Of a stretch of 64,000 nt of DNA, positions 15,691 to 28,329 are shown in pieces; position 1 is the first letter of the stretch; each line of letters opens with the position of its first letter. Source of the stretch: Balanoglossus misakiensis (lineage: Eukaryota; Animalia; Hemichordata); contig CM082596.2 in NCBI GenBank assembly GCA_040954595.2, positions 8,817,124-8,881,123 of the forward strand. The letters run 5' to 3'. The notes under the pieces were generated by a model that ran no database searches, had not been told where the DNA came from, and saw nothing but the letters and a program-made list of their open reading frames with translations. The position numbers were made by a program, and so were the translations under genes.

Positions 15691-16478
15691 ATAATCCTTC
15701 CATTCTCGAGTAAAACAATCTCTCATATAATGTATAATCTCGTTTCGTCACAGAAGTTGGTAGTTGGTGCAAATATCAAAGGTCGCATCGGAGATCGACC
15801 ATATACAAGGCTTTGGCGTTTATTGCATGTGCGTTTATGACTTTATTGTGGTCATCATGACAACTATTAAAATTAATTTCATCTCACCTAATTCAAGTTT
15901 TCTGTTGCTTCGATACCACAGACTGTGTCTATAAGGCAAAAATCTCTTTCTCTGTGCTGACTGAAATTATCCTGATTTTTACTTGAAATGTTGGAATATG
16001 TTCTTCATGTCGAATCATGATCACGAATTGGGTGATAACCATATTTGGTGTAAGGTATCGTCGTCTGTAGTTTATGCGTCCATTACTAACAAACAGTTGA
16101 TGTTTTACAAACAACTTGCCCCTACAAAATAACTTCACCTTTTTAAACTGAAATTCTAGTCTGGCCACATGTCTCATCACTGGCGAACATGGAAAGAAAC
16201 AAACAGATTTTATCTGTTGCGTTTTGCTGCACTTCTCATCCACTGATACTGCCAATACGTGTTGAGTCGATTTTTGGAGGTTACCATGGTACGAGAGGAT
16301 TGAATAGTTAAATCAGGAAGTATCTTTGACGACTTCTGTCTCTCCATTGAGGACAGAGGCAAAAAAACTCATCGTGTAATCATGCATAAAATGCATATTT
16401 TAATTTCTACGTGACATTTTAACCAGGAACTCGTCTGGGATTTATTTTTAGGATTTCTCGCCATGTAAGTTGGACACC

Positions 16479-17329
16479 ATGTTCCTCTTCACTGTCGTCT
16501 TGGTCGTTTGCTCCGTGATAGCGCGGCCATCCAGCTGCCAAGGTAAGTTTTATTAGTTTCGGGTGAATTTCGGATTAATTTGGTTGGGTCTGTTCTGGTG
16601 GAAGTACAATCGTGACTAAGAGGCCTCTTACTTGTAGTTTATAAACTTGTGGGCGCACATCTGTTGCATGTCGTCGATAAGTCCATGTAGCTATAAATTG
16701 TCGACAGAATCCACCATTCTTTCGCATCGTCTCCTATTATTGCTGTCACTTATCAGAACGATCCAAACACGCCGGGTTGCTTGCATGATGGGTGAGAAAG
16801 TGAAAGTATTGAGAAGACAAGTCTACCAAATATGCAGTGAACTACTGAGAGAGCAGAATTCATAGCCTTTGTCGACTTTTGTTGTATATTAATTTTGCTT
16901 ACCTCGAGGTCACAAAGGAAAATTTGTGTAAAATCCAATATTTTGTGGTTTAGACCTATTGTGCGGAACACTTCTTTCAACGTCATGAGCTTGAGTTGGG
17001 CATTTTATTTCAATTGTCTCCGTTGTTCATTCACTGGATATTTACTTGTAGATGCAATATGTGGACGCGAAATTCACAAAGACGAAGGAACGATTGATTT
17101 CATCGGAAGTTCTTCGATGCAGACCAATGAATGCATCTGGACAATTTACACCAATGAGAAATCAACAGTCACATCCAAAATTCTTGCCTGTAAATTGCCT
17201 CTGTCAAGTTACATCGAGATCCGGGATGGAGACACAGGCAACGAACCGATAATTGGAAATTACACAGACACAGATTGTCCAAATAATAACAACGATTACA
17301 TACACAATGTACATGTAGGATATACGTAA
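16479..17329 (+). pseudogene. Truncated tandem paralog of the CUB-sushi gene (signal exon 16479-16542 plus partial CUB1 exon 17052-17329)
   Basis: Exon 1 encodes MFLFTVVLVVCSVIARPSSCQ with the same donor. Exon 2 is nearly identical to 8640-8870, then diverges and stops at TAA 17327-17329. No downstream exons found. Confidence 0.75.
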
Positions 17330-18284
17330 ACTAATACAATTTTGGAAAAAAAGTTACCAGTTAAATAACATACCCATTATCGCGTTTGATCTGTTCATCC
17401 CTAAACTATTCAACTTGGACAATGACTGCCATGATAAGTCCTGTTACCCCCACAAACAATTTTTGAAACATGAAAACCAATGACTTGAATCCATTTCAAT
17501 CAAAACGCACTAAAATAACAGCCACTGCTACCAAAAGAACCCCGCATCTAACACCACCACCAATGAACATGTATTTTGTCTGAGTGTGATGACAAAACAT
17601 AGACATCAAGACAATGAGTTATAACATGTTCCTCCCACACTTCACAAGACCACCAAAACTTTCCCCTGCCTCAATAACCGGCACTAATTCCCCACAGAAT
17701 AAAACTTGCACATTTATTACAAAACTGCATTTGCTGCATCCGAAAACAAAGCCACACAACAAATCAGCGTGAACTACGTCATCGACAATGACTTGTTAAA
17801 ATAAGGGCCAATCATCAAAACGGTGGCTTATGTTTTCTTTAAGTAAGTTTCCAACTCCTTTTAGAATAGTTTTTCAACGAAATGAATGAACAAGTAGTAA
17901 AATACTTGAATACATAAAATGGCAAGAGAGATAATAAAGTTATAATTTTTATTTGGTTTACTTATTTAACATCCCAATTGGTCTGGTCCTGGGACATACG
18001 CGTGTTGGCTCCCATACAAGATTTTCGCTAGTTCCTAATCCCCTGGTAGTGTGGTTTGCGCGCGCGCGGGAATATTCATTGTGTATTTGTAGCAGTATAG
18101 TGTGAATGTTAATCGTTTAGGCCTACCACTGCAGGGGACCGAGTACAGTACATGTAATAATCCACGCGACGTTGGGCAATCTGTAGGTAGATTATCTTTT
18201 ATCAATAATCAAGTGTTCTTTTACAGTTATTTACAACATCGACAAACAACAGCACGGAATGCCGCATTCTTTTATAAAAAAATA

Positions 18285-18400
18285 TTTAAGCAATAACCCC
18301 CGCCGCAGGCGGGTATACGCGAGATTTGGGTACAATTCGAGACATATAGCACGAGCCGTCAGGCGAGTGCTATATGGAGTGAATTGTACCCAAATCGAGT
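18285..18400 (+). mobile_element. Truncated hairpin element, subfamily beta
   Basis: Matches the 5' palindrome of the complete copy at 62023-62604. Confidence 0.8.
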
Positions 18401-19932
18401 TCTTGTTTCTGGCTTCTTCGTTGTTTCGCTGTTTCGCAGAATATAACTAGCCTGGGTAGTTATATTTTGCGAAACGACGAAACAGATTACGCTCGAAACT
18501 ATGAATAAACAAAATATAACTGATATTTTTTACGTGGCGTTGGGGGCGATGTTTCCTTGCCGTGCGTCATATCATGGCGGTCGGTTTGAGTGAACTTCCA
18601 TCGCTTGGTTTGAATGGAGCGCTAATCCCTCGGAATGGAAATATTATTTACGAAATACTGGTTCCAAGTATTCGCGAGAAGTCCGGGTTCAAGATTGATC
18701 ATAGACAGTAGAAGTTTCTAGTGTGGTTAGACAGTGAGAGTAGATATATTGCCCAACGTGTTGGAATGGAACATAATGATGACGTCACGTGTCATGGCGC
18801 TGGTAATATTCGAGATGGATGTCGTCACAGAACCTGGAGAATATTGCATCATGATTTGTGTACGCGTTTAATCCAATTTTCTTGCTGGAGTCCGCTCTGA
18901 AGATGGAACACAGTGTGCATGGAATGTTGTTGGTCGACTTGAATGCTTCAGTGAGTATTATTTATCATGTTCAATGTTGTTTATGCCGTGACTTGCTGCA
19001 GTTTTGCAGCCCCTCCGTCTCCCCTGGACGATTGTTGTTTTTATGCCGTGACATGACGTAATTCTTCCTAAACTGGCCATCTTCAACAGGTTGAAAATTT
19101 TCCCAGTTCAGTTGTGCGCAACTAGCTGAATTACAGAAATGTGGTAAACAGATACAAAAATTGGCTCATTCGAAGAAAGTTGCCACGTTGGCTCCGGAAA
19201 AGCCAAGTGTTACTGCTGGACATCACAATGTCTGAGGGTGTTCATATTTTTCCAGTCTGATAGTTCGGGGGGGGGGGGGGGGTCATTTCCTGTAGTTTTT
19301 GTCACGGGAACCTGATACGATTTACAATGCGTATGTCTTGTATATCTATTTGTACGTTTCAACAAAATATTTTTCTCTAGGGGACTTTTCAGAATTTACT
19401 TCCAATTTTCTTACCTTCCTGGTGATTTTTTCCATGCCCCCCCCAGTAAATTGTGGAGAAAATCTGTGCCCCCCCCTTAAATTTCCTGTTTTTTTCCGTG
19501 GTCCCCCAATATATACATGCATGTACGGCACATACAGTCTGACAAGTTCATCACTCTTTGCAAGAACAATCAAGAGATCATTTACTCACTGTATAACCAA
19601 GTTTACAGGGGACAGTAAAATCATGTTTTTGCAGGGACTGCAAGTGGCACACTTTTGGGAAGCCTAGCAATGGGCAACTATTGATGGTAGTTTTCTGAAA
19701 ATAAGTTAATTATGACAAAAACTCCTGTTGCAATGGGCAACTAAGATGGTAGTTTTCTGAAAATAAGTTAATTATGACAAAAATTCCTGTCACTATGTTC
19801 ACTACATCAAACACTATTGTTGTAAAGAAGACATGTCAAAAAACACTGAGTCAGGTCTTTTGCATCAAAGGTTTTTCAAATATAATCGTTGTATCTAATT
19901 ATCAAGCAGAGTGTCATAGTATTTGTTTTATA

Positions 19933-20626
19933 TTTAAGCAATAACCCCTACCGCAGGCAGGTATACACGAGATTTGTGTACAATTCGAGACGTACAGCAC
20001 TAGCCGTTAGGCGAGTGCTATATATATGGAGCGAATTTTACCGACTGAGACGGGGATTATTGCTATTACAGTCAAACCTGTCTATAGTGGCCAGTCAAGG
20101 GACTTTACCAAACTGGCCTTTCTAGACAGGTGGTCTTTATAGACAGATTAATTTATACACGTATAAATTGCACAGGGACTGTAACTAAGTGGTCACTACA
20201 TAGAGGTGGTCACTAACACAGGTTTGACTGTATATTATATCAACAATTGATTTTATGGCATTTCAGTGTCATTTTCTTAACAAAACAGCATCAGAAGATG
20301 ATTTTACGATCGTGAACCAACATGGCGATGATGAATGTAAACACGAGCGGCCCGGAATCAAGCATTAAACATGAAGCAGACGACAAAAAGTGACAAAAGT
20401 GCAAAATATTCAGAGCAGAGCAGTTCCAAAATAAAACGTCCTTAAATTCAAGTGTTTTTATAATATTTATTTGGTTCAATCCCATGCGACTGAGGTTTTA
20501 CCGCACATTTTTCCTGCTTCATGCCAGTTCAGGGGCCCGTTTTATCACTGCCAGCAGTGCTATATGAGTATTTTAGCATCGTTGGATTGAGCTCTCGTCC
20601 AATCAGAATGGCGGATGGTCGCATGA
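19933..20626 (+). mobile_element. Hairpin element, subfamily beta, with internal deletion and nested Tc1/pogo MITE
   Basis: Starts TTTAAGCAATAACCCC; body matches 62170-62593; the 3' tip is replaced by the LTR-like sequence. Confidence 0.8.
20069..20230. mobile_element. 162-bp Tc1/pogo (Tigger-like) MITE
   Basis: TIR CAGTCAAACCTGT / ACAGGTTTGACTG with TA TSD; the empty site is visible in the host-element copy at ~62170. Confidence 0.9.
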
Positions 20627-21232
20627 TGTGATGAAGTTTATTGTTTGTTTTGTTTTGTGGCCAGGTGCACCTATGTTGATTTCTTTATTTAACATATAAG
20701 CGTGACCAGGTGTTAATTAGTTTTGGTCATATAAAAGCCACCCAGTGCCACGTTGTCGCATGGCTTATTTTGATTCTGGTCTGGTAGCGTCTGGTAGCTG
20801 TGCCGTCGCATTGTCGAGGAGTTTTGGGAGCCCACCGTACGGAGTGTGCCTGTCTACTGTGGTAGCTCAGGATTGACACTGGAGAAGGGATTTGGTGAAG
20901 GCGTGGTGGATGTTTTCGAGGACGCCGCGTGGAATTTGGGAGCCGTCCTGAGGTTGCACGTTTCCATGTCACGGTGGAACTGCATTTGAGTGACTGTCTT
21001 TTGTACACTGGCATTATACGGACAGAAAGGCCGGAATTGTTGGGCGTCGAGTCACCAAACTGTTTGTGAGACTTTGAACTTGTTAGAAATTTTGTTTGGT
21101 CACCTGGTCACGCTCGAGTTTAGTGTGTAGTTTAGTGTAAATATTATTTAACATATTGTGAATATTACTCGTATCTGCAAATATCGGTTGACGAGGTGTT
21201 AACGCACTGCAGTGTTTTCAACGCGTGTCACA
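20627..21232 (+). mobile_element. Solo-LTR-like sequence
   Basis: TGTGAT...GTCACA termini, internal TATAAAAG at ~20730, ~600 bp, interrupts another element. No matching TSD. Partial second copy at 41294-41854. Confidence 0.55.
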
Positions 21233-21315
21233 CGACTAATGGATGTAAAACAATGGGCTTTTCAATTCATATGCTCTGTGCTCTATTTTGAGGAACCGCC
21301 TATCTGCCAATTTAG

Positions 21316-21569
21316 AGTGCATAGCTCGTCTCATGCGCATGTGCGTAACTTCCCAGCAAATTTCGCTTCCTTCCATATTTCATGCACACCGTATAAGTAG
21401 ATTCTGGGTTTGTCCTTTCAGCCAAGCTATAGTGTCTTTTCCCGATCACCGACATAGATTATGGTCGCCGCCATCTTGTGTGAGCACTGCCTTATGGGAT
21501 TGACTGTTTACTAAACGTCTGTAACCAGCGGCTACAGTTGGAACATGCGTGTGAGACGAGCTAGGCGCT
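21316..21569. mobile_element. 254-bp MITE at a TTAA site (Kolobok-like)
   Basis: TIR AGTGCATAGCTCGTCTCA / TGAGACGAGCTAGGCGCT; flanks TTAG and TTAA; absent from the paralogous site at ~57558 (GATTTAAATAC). Confidence 0.8.
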
Positions 21570-21628
21570 TTAAATAGACACCCTCCGTTTTAGGAAAGTA
21601 AAAACACGAACAAAAATACATGCCCCAA

Positions 21629-21860
21629 TTAATGCCAGTTTGGCAGCATTGCTTTACAAAGGTAAATATACATTAGGCAAATAAACACAAAATGAAACAA
21701 ATCTTCAATACAATAATTGTTGTTTTTCAAACAAAATTCACATAGTCTTTCTTCTGGAGGAATATTATCGTGGCACCCTCTCACAATTTCCAGGGCATGT
21801 GATGAGCAGTGAAATCTGGACATTCCATTTTTGAATTTAAGAATATGAACAGTGCTGAGA
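21629..21860 (-). mobile_element. Non-LTR retrotransposon ORF2 C-terminal zinc-knuckle remnant
   Basis: SRFHCSSHALEIVRGCHDNIPPEERLCEFC...CIEDLFHFVFIC resembles the R-x-SSH-x-L-x-IE-x-GR...ERLC-x2-C...IEDEFHF-x3-C tail of invertebrate LINEs. Confidence 0.75.
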
Positions 21861-22066
21861 TATTTTTCTGGTTCAAAGCATTGATTTGAAGTTGTGATTT
21901 GAAAGTAACTTAGGAGTTGATTGTATTCCTTTGTGCCCGATCAGCCAAGCACAATCTTTTAGTCTCTGTGTAAAGCAGTATTAAGAGCTATAGAACTGGT
22001 TACCTCTAATAACAAACCCTTGGCGACCGAATTGTTACACTCTGTGAACGGTTTCACAAGTGGACA

Positions 22067-22300
22067 CTAAGCTATCCCAACACTTATGACGCAAGATGCA
22101 AGGCTGGAGTGATGTGTAGCACAATGAATAGAAACCAATGATTTGTTAACATCTCGTTTCTGATAAGCTACATTCCCATTTAGTTTACTAGTGCTGACTA
22201 CAGCATCATCAATGCCAAAACCTACGCGTATTCTAAAGGAATGTTCTTTGCAGTCAAAAACGCACATACCGGTACATGTACAGCACTTGTGATAGTCCCT
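22067..22300 (-). mobile_element. Degenerate hAT transposase fragment (ZNF862-like)
   Basis: VGFGIDDAVVSTSKLNG...KSLVSIHCATHHSSLAS resembles the hAT G-x-G-x-DGA...G-x-x-NGV...IHC-x-x-H-x-L-x-LA segment. Confidence 0.65.
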
Positions 22301-22974
22301 GAAATTACCATCCATACCTTCTACATTTCTGTCACTCACCCATGATTTCTATACTGTTCGAAAGTTTTGATTTTGTGCTCAAAATTGTTTTCAACTTTCT
22401 TAATTGCAGGAGGAGCTTTCCATGTGATCTAGCTGACACGCCTTGTTGGGAAAAGTTGAAGATTACAGAAATGGATACAAATTACTACAGCTAATATTTG
22501 AGTAGGGAAGTAACATTTTTTTTATTTATACTGTATGTATTTTACTGTTTTGCTTGGCACCTGGATTGTGCTGAACTACAAATACTGGCCTGCTGCAAAC
22601 ATGGTAAGCATCTGCTATATTCAGTTTGGTTGTGTTGAAAATAGAGCAGTTATATTTCTTAAAATCAATGACAATTGAAAGACAAATTGGGTTTTATCAT
22701 CAAAAAGGTAAGATTGTAGTTTGTAGACCGCGAGATAAGACAGAACCTTTAATCAATAATAGACAGGGCCTGTAATAGTATCAGATGTATATTACTGGTG
22801 AAAATAATAATTTGAGTGGTTACAGGATAAGGTTTGATAATGTTTCAAATTAAATATTAAACAGGAGTACCCCTTGTGTAAATGATTCAGTATAAAATAG
22901 GAAACCTTGATAATGAAGATTAGTTATTATTGTGCACATTAATAATGTTGTTGTTATGATATCAAACATAATAA

Positions 22975-23185
22975 TAAAATTATGATGATGAGATGACAAT
23001 GAAAAAAGTAATAATGATGATGACTATGAAATAACAAAATAGTAATGACAAAAATGATGGTGGTGATATGACAAAAATACAGTAATGAATAAGATGATGA
23101 TGATGATGATGATGATGACGATGACGATGATGGTGATGATGATGAAGAAATGAAAATGACAGTAATATTGATGATGATTATGATT
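22975..23185. repeat. (GAT)n-rich microsatellite
   Basis: Directly visible; paralog at ~58870-59130. Confidence 0.9.
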
Positions 23186-24064
23186 AGTACTTTATAACTG
23201 TGTAAGAAAGACCCAAATAACAGGAGTTTCTGCTGAGCATATGTCAATGTGGTATTGTCTGGTTTTGATGGATCTACAAGATGCTTTGAGATGCAATTGG
23301 CTGGAGAATGAATATGTTTTGAATGGTGTAGGTGGTGATTAATGGTCTTAATTTAATCCAGAATAATGGGTGTAATGTTGTACCTGTTAGCTGTTGCATT
23401 GTGGTTGTGGTGGTATAAAATAACGGAATAATAATGTTAGTGAAGGTTGAATTTCACCATAAATTACACAGAGCTGTATTTTCATCAAGACAGTCAGTCA
23501 TATTCATCTTAAACGTTCATCAGAATTGGTAGCCTGAAACATGCATAGTTGATATTGCATACTTTGTGATTCTGTGTACAGAGCTTTGAAAGGCAGATGA
23601 TTCTGTGTACAAACTAGAGAAAGATGATCCTGGTACATAGAGCTGTTGGTGAAAACATGACTGGTGTATTGAATTGAATAAAAGCTTTTTTTCTTCTTCT
23701 AGGAATGAACGTAAAATGCCATTTTACACAGTTAACCCTGTCTGTTTTCCAGGCAAAAGACATGTATGTAAATTTAACTGCAATTACCATGGGTAGTGCC
23801 AACTGTTATAGCATTTTAAACCGTAACTTTGTGTTGGAGATTAACAGCAGTGTTGAATATGATGGTGATACTGATGATGGTGATACTGATGATGATGGTG
23901 TACCAACTGGTCGGCAGTTTTAAGCGTCACTTCACAGTCATGATCAACAGCTGTGTTGAATATATTGATGATGGTGATAATAGTGGTGATGATAATGGTG
24001 ATATTCTAATATCCATAAAAATATATTGGGTATACCAACTTTTACAAGTTTTATAATTGTAACA

Positions 24065-24600
24065 ATGTTGCTATAGTTACACTTTACTTCAACAGGGGAA
24101 AGTTTACCATGAGATACACACATAGATCTTGTATTATCTATAGATTTGAAGTTGTAATCTCAAATGTTTTGTTGTGTAATAACCAAATGAATTCCACTAT
24201 GTTGCTATAGTTACACTTTACTTCAACAGGGGAAAGTTTACCATGAGATACACACATAGATCTTGTATTATCTATAGATTTGAAGTTGTAATCTCAAATG
24301 TTTTGTTGTGTAATAACCAAATGAATTCCACTATGTTGCTATAGTTACACTTTACTTCAACAGGGGAAAGTTAACTATGAGATACACACATAGACCTTGT
24401 AGTATCTATAGATTTGAAGTTGTAATCTCAAATGTTTTGTCGTGTAATAACCAAATGAATTCCACTATGTTGCTATAGTTACACTTTACTTCAACAGGGG
24501 AAAGTTTACCATGAGATACACACATAGACCTTGTAGTATCTATAGATTTGAAGTTGTAATCTCAAACGTTTTGTCGTGTAATAACCAAATGAATTCCACA
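24065..24600. repeat. 134-bp tandem repeat, 4 units
   Basis: Unit starts ATGTTGCTATAGTTACAC at 24065, 24199, 24333 and 24467. Confidence 0.95.
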
Positions 24601-25639
24601 TGATGTTATTGTCCCCATTCTGACCTGGCCAGTCAGATTTGGGGATGTCATTACATACCTTGCACTCACAAACATGACATACCTTGCACTCGCAAACATG
24701 ATGTACCGTATATGTAACCACTCACTGAGAGTGTTGATAACTTTCTGATTTATCAATCGTATATAATTGTGTGGATAAGACTTTAAGTACTTGCAGTATG
24801 AAAATGCTGCATCATTGTGTGTTTTATCATAATTATTTTACTATGTGGAATTCATTGTGTTATGAAGTGAACATTGTTTCAAAATCGTAAACAACAACCA
24901 GTGTGAAAAATGTCTGCATATACCCCTGGCAGATAAGTGTTACCATGGTGTTCTCATTGATAACTATGGAATGTGTGTCAGTGATTACAAATTTTTGTTT
25001 CAGGCACTGTAGCTAGATATGAAAACTTTGAACTAACCTTTTTTTCAGACAGTGTTACTTGCGTTGTACCCGTAATTGTGAACACAATTGATTTGTCTCA
25101 AATGCATGATTTCATTCCAGATAAAATGATATGATTAAACATTGCATTATGTAAGATGTATGTACCTATATTTTATTGTGTTAAATACTATCCAGTCAGT
25201 TTCACCAACAGCTCTTTCCCCCTTTTTCAAAAGTGAACCCTTATTTGTAAATTGGTAAGCAATTTACATGGTAACTTGTATAGGCTTGTCTGTTTTGGAA
25301 ATTGCAGTAATTTAATAAAATCACGATTGAGAATTACTGGTGTCTAATGTCAGCTATGCATATGAATAAATACAATTTGAAAGTTAAATATTACAATTTT
25401 CTTAGACTTACTAAATTACCAACTGATTATAATGAATATATATTCAAGAGTACAATACAGCTATAATAATGAACTAGTGACTTTAGGCGGTTACTTGAAA
25501 GTTTCTGGTTTTTGTGGGTCCATTTAATATTTTGCTTTTGTTCCTGTAATGTTGGTGATGGTGACACTTTTTGGTGTTAATTGTTAAAATTAATTGTTCT
25601 GGTGATGACTTTGATGGTTTTCCTAATGTTGATGGCTGT

Positions 25640-25749
25640 CGTGATGATGATGATGATGATGATGATGAATTGATGATGATGATGATGATGATACAATTAA
25701 CAGTGATGATGATGATGATGATACAATTAACAATGATGATGATGATGAC

Positions 25750-25782
<33 letters not shown>

Positions 25783-25835
25783 TATGATGATACAATTAAC
25801 AGTGATGATGATGATGATGATGATACAATTAACAG

Positions 25836-25869
<34 letters not shown>

Positions 25870-25880
25870 ACAATTAACAG

Positions 25881-25925
<45 letters not shown>
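25640..25925. repeat. (GAT)n microsatellite punctuated by ACAATTAACAGT
   Basis: Directly visible; source of the spurious poly-M and poly-I ORFs; paralog at 61830-61992. Confidence 0.95.
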
Positions 25926-25926
<1 letters not shown>

Positions 25927-26749
25927 AAGATAAATGAGAAATATGTTGTTTTTCATTAACCGACAACTGTTGAACTTATTTTGCTGAATTTTTATTGATA
26001 TTGTCAAGTACGCTTAGCTAGAAGGCATAATTTAGTAAATATGAATGATGATAATAGGGAATGTTTACTCAACATTCTTTGAACTCGTAACTCTGCATAA
26101 ATTGTAGTCACTGTGGTGATTTTTTAGTTAGGAACTAACCTAGTAAAAGGTATTCGATGAAAATGTGCACAATATCTAGATAGGTAATAAGTACAATAAT
26201 AATTTATTGATAATGTGTAGAATTTAATTCCCCATATGACTACATTATTGACAGTGATTTGTTAGGTTAGTACTATTAAAGTGACGATAGTTTTCTCATT
26301 TTTTAAAAGTTTAGTGGGTAAATAAACTTATCGGCTCCTAGAGTTTTAAAATGTATAATATGCAACAGCTAGCTAAGTAACCAACAAATGAAAGGCGCAA
26401 CACAATGCAAGTGTACCATAGGTAACATAAAACCCACTCTGAGTCTATGATAATGAATTAACATTTATTATTTATTATTTGTTGCAGGGATTGGGGTTTG
26501 CTAGCAGCCAAGATGCAGTCCTTAGCAGTCGGTTATAATTGTCTATTTACACATTTTTCTCTCTTCAGTTTCAGATTTCAATGATGCGAAATATCCTCCT
26601 GTCCAGACGCCAAACTGGTAACCAGGTAACATGATTCCTGGGATGAGAGTAAGCAAATTAATGACCAGCAATTGAAGTACAATACATTCATAAACTGCAA
26701 TGAAGATATGAAATAAAAGGTCGAGATTTGTCCACATGTTCACGCACAA

Positions 26750-28000
26750 CAGTGTGACATCTTGTATTGCTCATGAGGACAGGAAATTATCTGTCCATGC
26801 ATAGATTTAACTGTTGTTTTGTTTGACAGAAAAATTCTTATCATAGGCATATTTTTCATATTTTGCAGATAACAGTTTCTGTCTGATGATCAACATTTGT
26901 CAACTCAGATCTGTATGCATGCCTTAAGCAGCCAAGCAGAGTTCAAAGGTAATAATTTTGTCTTCTCAAGATTCAGTAGACCCCCGTGGATGACAGCATA
27001 AACTGCTCATTTGGGATGTCAGTGTATGACGTATTGTATTGTCCATGAAGACAGGAGATCATCTCTGTCAATAGATACATTTTACTATTATGCTGTTTGA
27101 CACAGAAATACTTATTGGCATATTTTTCATATTTGCAGAGGAGAGCTGTTTCTCTCTGATGATCAACATTTGTCAACTCAGATCTGTATACATGCCTTAA
27201 ACACCAAGCAGAGATCAAAGGTAATAATTTTGTCTTCTCAAGATTCATGGATGACAGAATAAACTGCTCATTTAGGACGTCAGTGTATGACGTATTGTAT
27301 TGTCCATGAAGACAAGAGATCATCTCTGTCCATAGATACATTTTATTATTGTACTGTTTGACACAGAAATACTTATTGGCATATTTTCATATTTGTAGAG
27401 AAGAGCTGTTTTTGTCTGATGATCAACATTTGCCAATCTGGATCTGTGTGCTGCCAAGAAGATTCAAAGGTAACATTTATTAGAAGGTGAAACTCAAGAG
27501 TTGGTTGATCCCATGAGTGACGGTATAGAATTTAATTGTTCATTTTTGGATTGTCCATGAAAACAGGAGATCATCTGCTACATAATACCATTGTGCCGTT
27601 TCACAAAAAAATACGTGTTGATCTATTTCTTTCATATTTGCAGATAACAGCTGTTTCTCTCTGATGATCAACATTTGCCAACCCAGACCTGGGTGCTGCC
27701 ATGAAGATTCAAAGGTAACATTTATTAGAAGGTAAAACTCAAGATATGGTTGACCCCATGGATGACGGTGTAAAATTTAATAGCTCATTTTGGATGTATT
27801 TTGGATTTATTGTATTGTCCATGACGACAAGAGATCATCTGCTACAGTTTGCCATTCTGCTTTTTGACTCAAAATTACGTATTGATCTATTTTTCATATA
27901 TGTAGATAACAGTTTCTCTGTGATGATCAACATCAGCCAACCTGCATATAGATCTGTAGATGCCTGCATGAAGACGAAGCAGATTAAAAGGTAAGAATTT
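26750..28000 (+). repeat. Degenerate ~245-270-bp tandem repeat, 5 units, each with an AG...GT-bounded exon-like core
   Basis: Cores at 26869-26948, 27139-27220, 27399-27469, 27644-27714 and 27906-27990, each preceded by TTTTCATAT(T/A)TG(C/T)AG-type acceptors and followed by AAAG|GTAA. Confidence 0.8.
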
Positions 28001-28329
28001 AAACTGCAAACTGCAATAGCATATGGTACAATTTTTCTGATGTGACGACTGCATTTTCATTGAAATTTGGTACAAAGATAATCTGCCGTGATGTACCGGT
28101 ACATACGCCCATCAAATTTTGTTTGCGGTTTGATCAGAATGGCCACCAAGAACAAGAAATTTAAGAACAGAGCCATAAGTCGGACATGTTTTAATCAATT
28201 CTTTTCTGACCACAAGCATTATGTATTTTGTTGAACGTACATGTCAGTTTTTGTCTCGTATGATCTAATATGGGGATCCAATCATATGGCCATTATTCTG
28301 ATTTTTCAATCCTGGTCCGCCATTACTCT

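Larger units (their letters stand above)
18501..21180 (+). repeat. Duplicated block A, copy 1 (direct repeat of 39200-41854)
   Basis: Colinear high similarity over ~2.7 kb, also visible as twin ORFs in the track (20291 vs 40958; 18858 vs 39440). Confidence 0.95.
21276..27030 (+). repeat. Duplicated block B, copy 1 (direct repeat of 57523-64000)
   Basis: Colinear similarity from CTGTGCTCTATTTTGAGGAACC onward; twin ORFs 22067/57971, 22954/58938, 23705/59648, 26543/63279. Confidence 0.95.

Noticed and set aside
18858-19250. Coding potential in the left part of block A
   Set aside because: Only short frames with no recognisable motif; similarity between copies is explained by duplication.
24065-24600. 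134-bp and 91-bp arrays as possible CRISPR arrays
   Set aside because: Units are head-to-tail with no unique spacers, no cas genes, and the context is eukaryotic.
25483-26007. Poly-Ile, poly-Met and poly-Ser ORFs here and at 22954, 58938 and 61761
   Set aside because: Translations of (GAT)n microsatellites.
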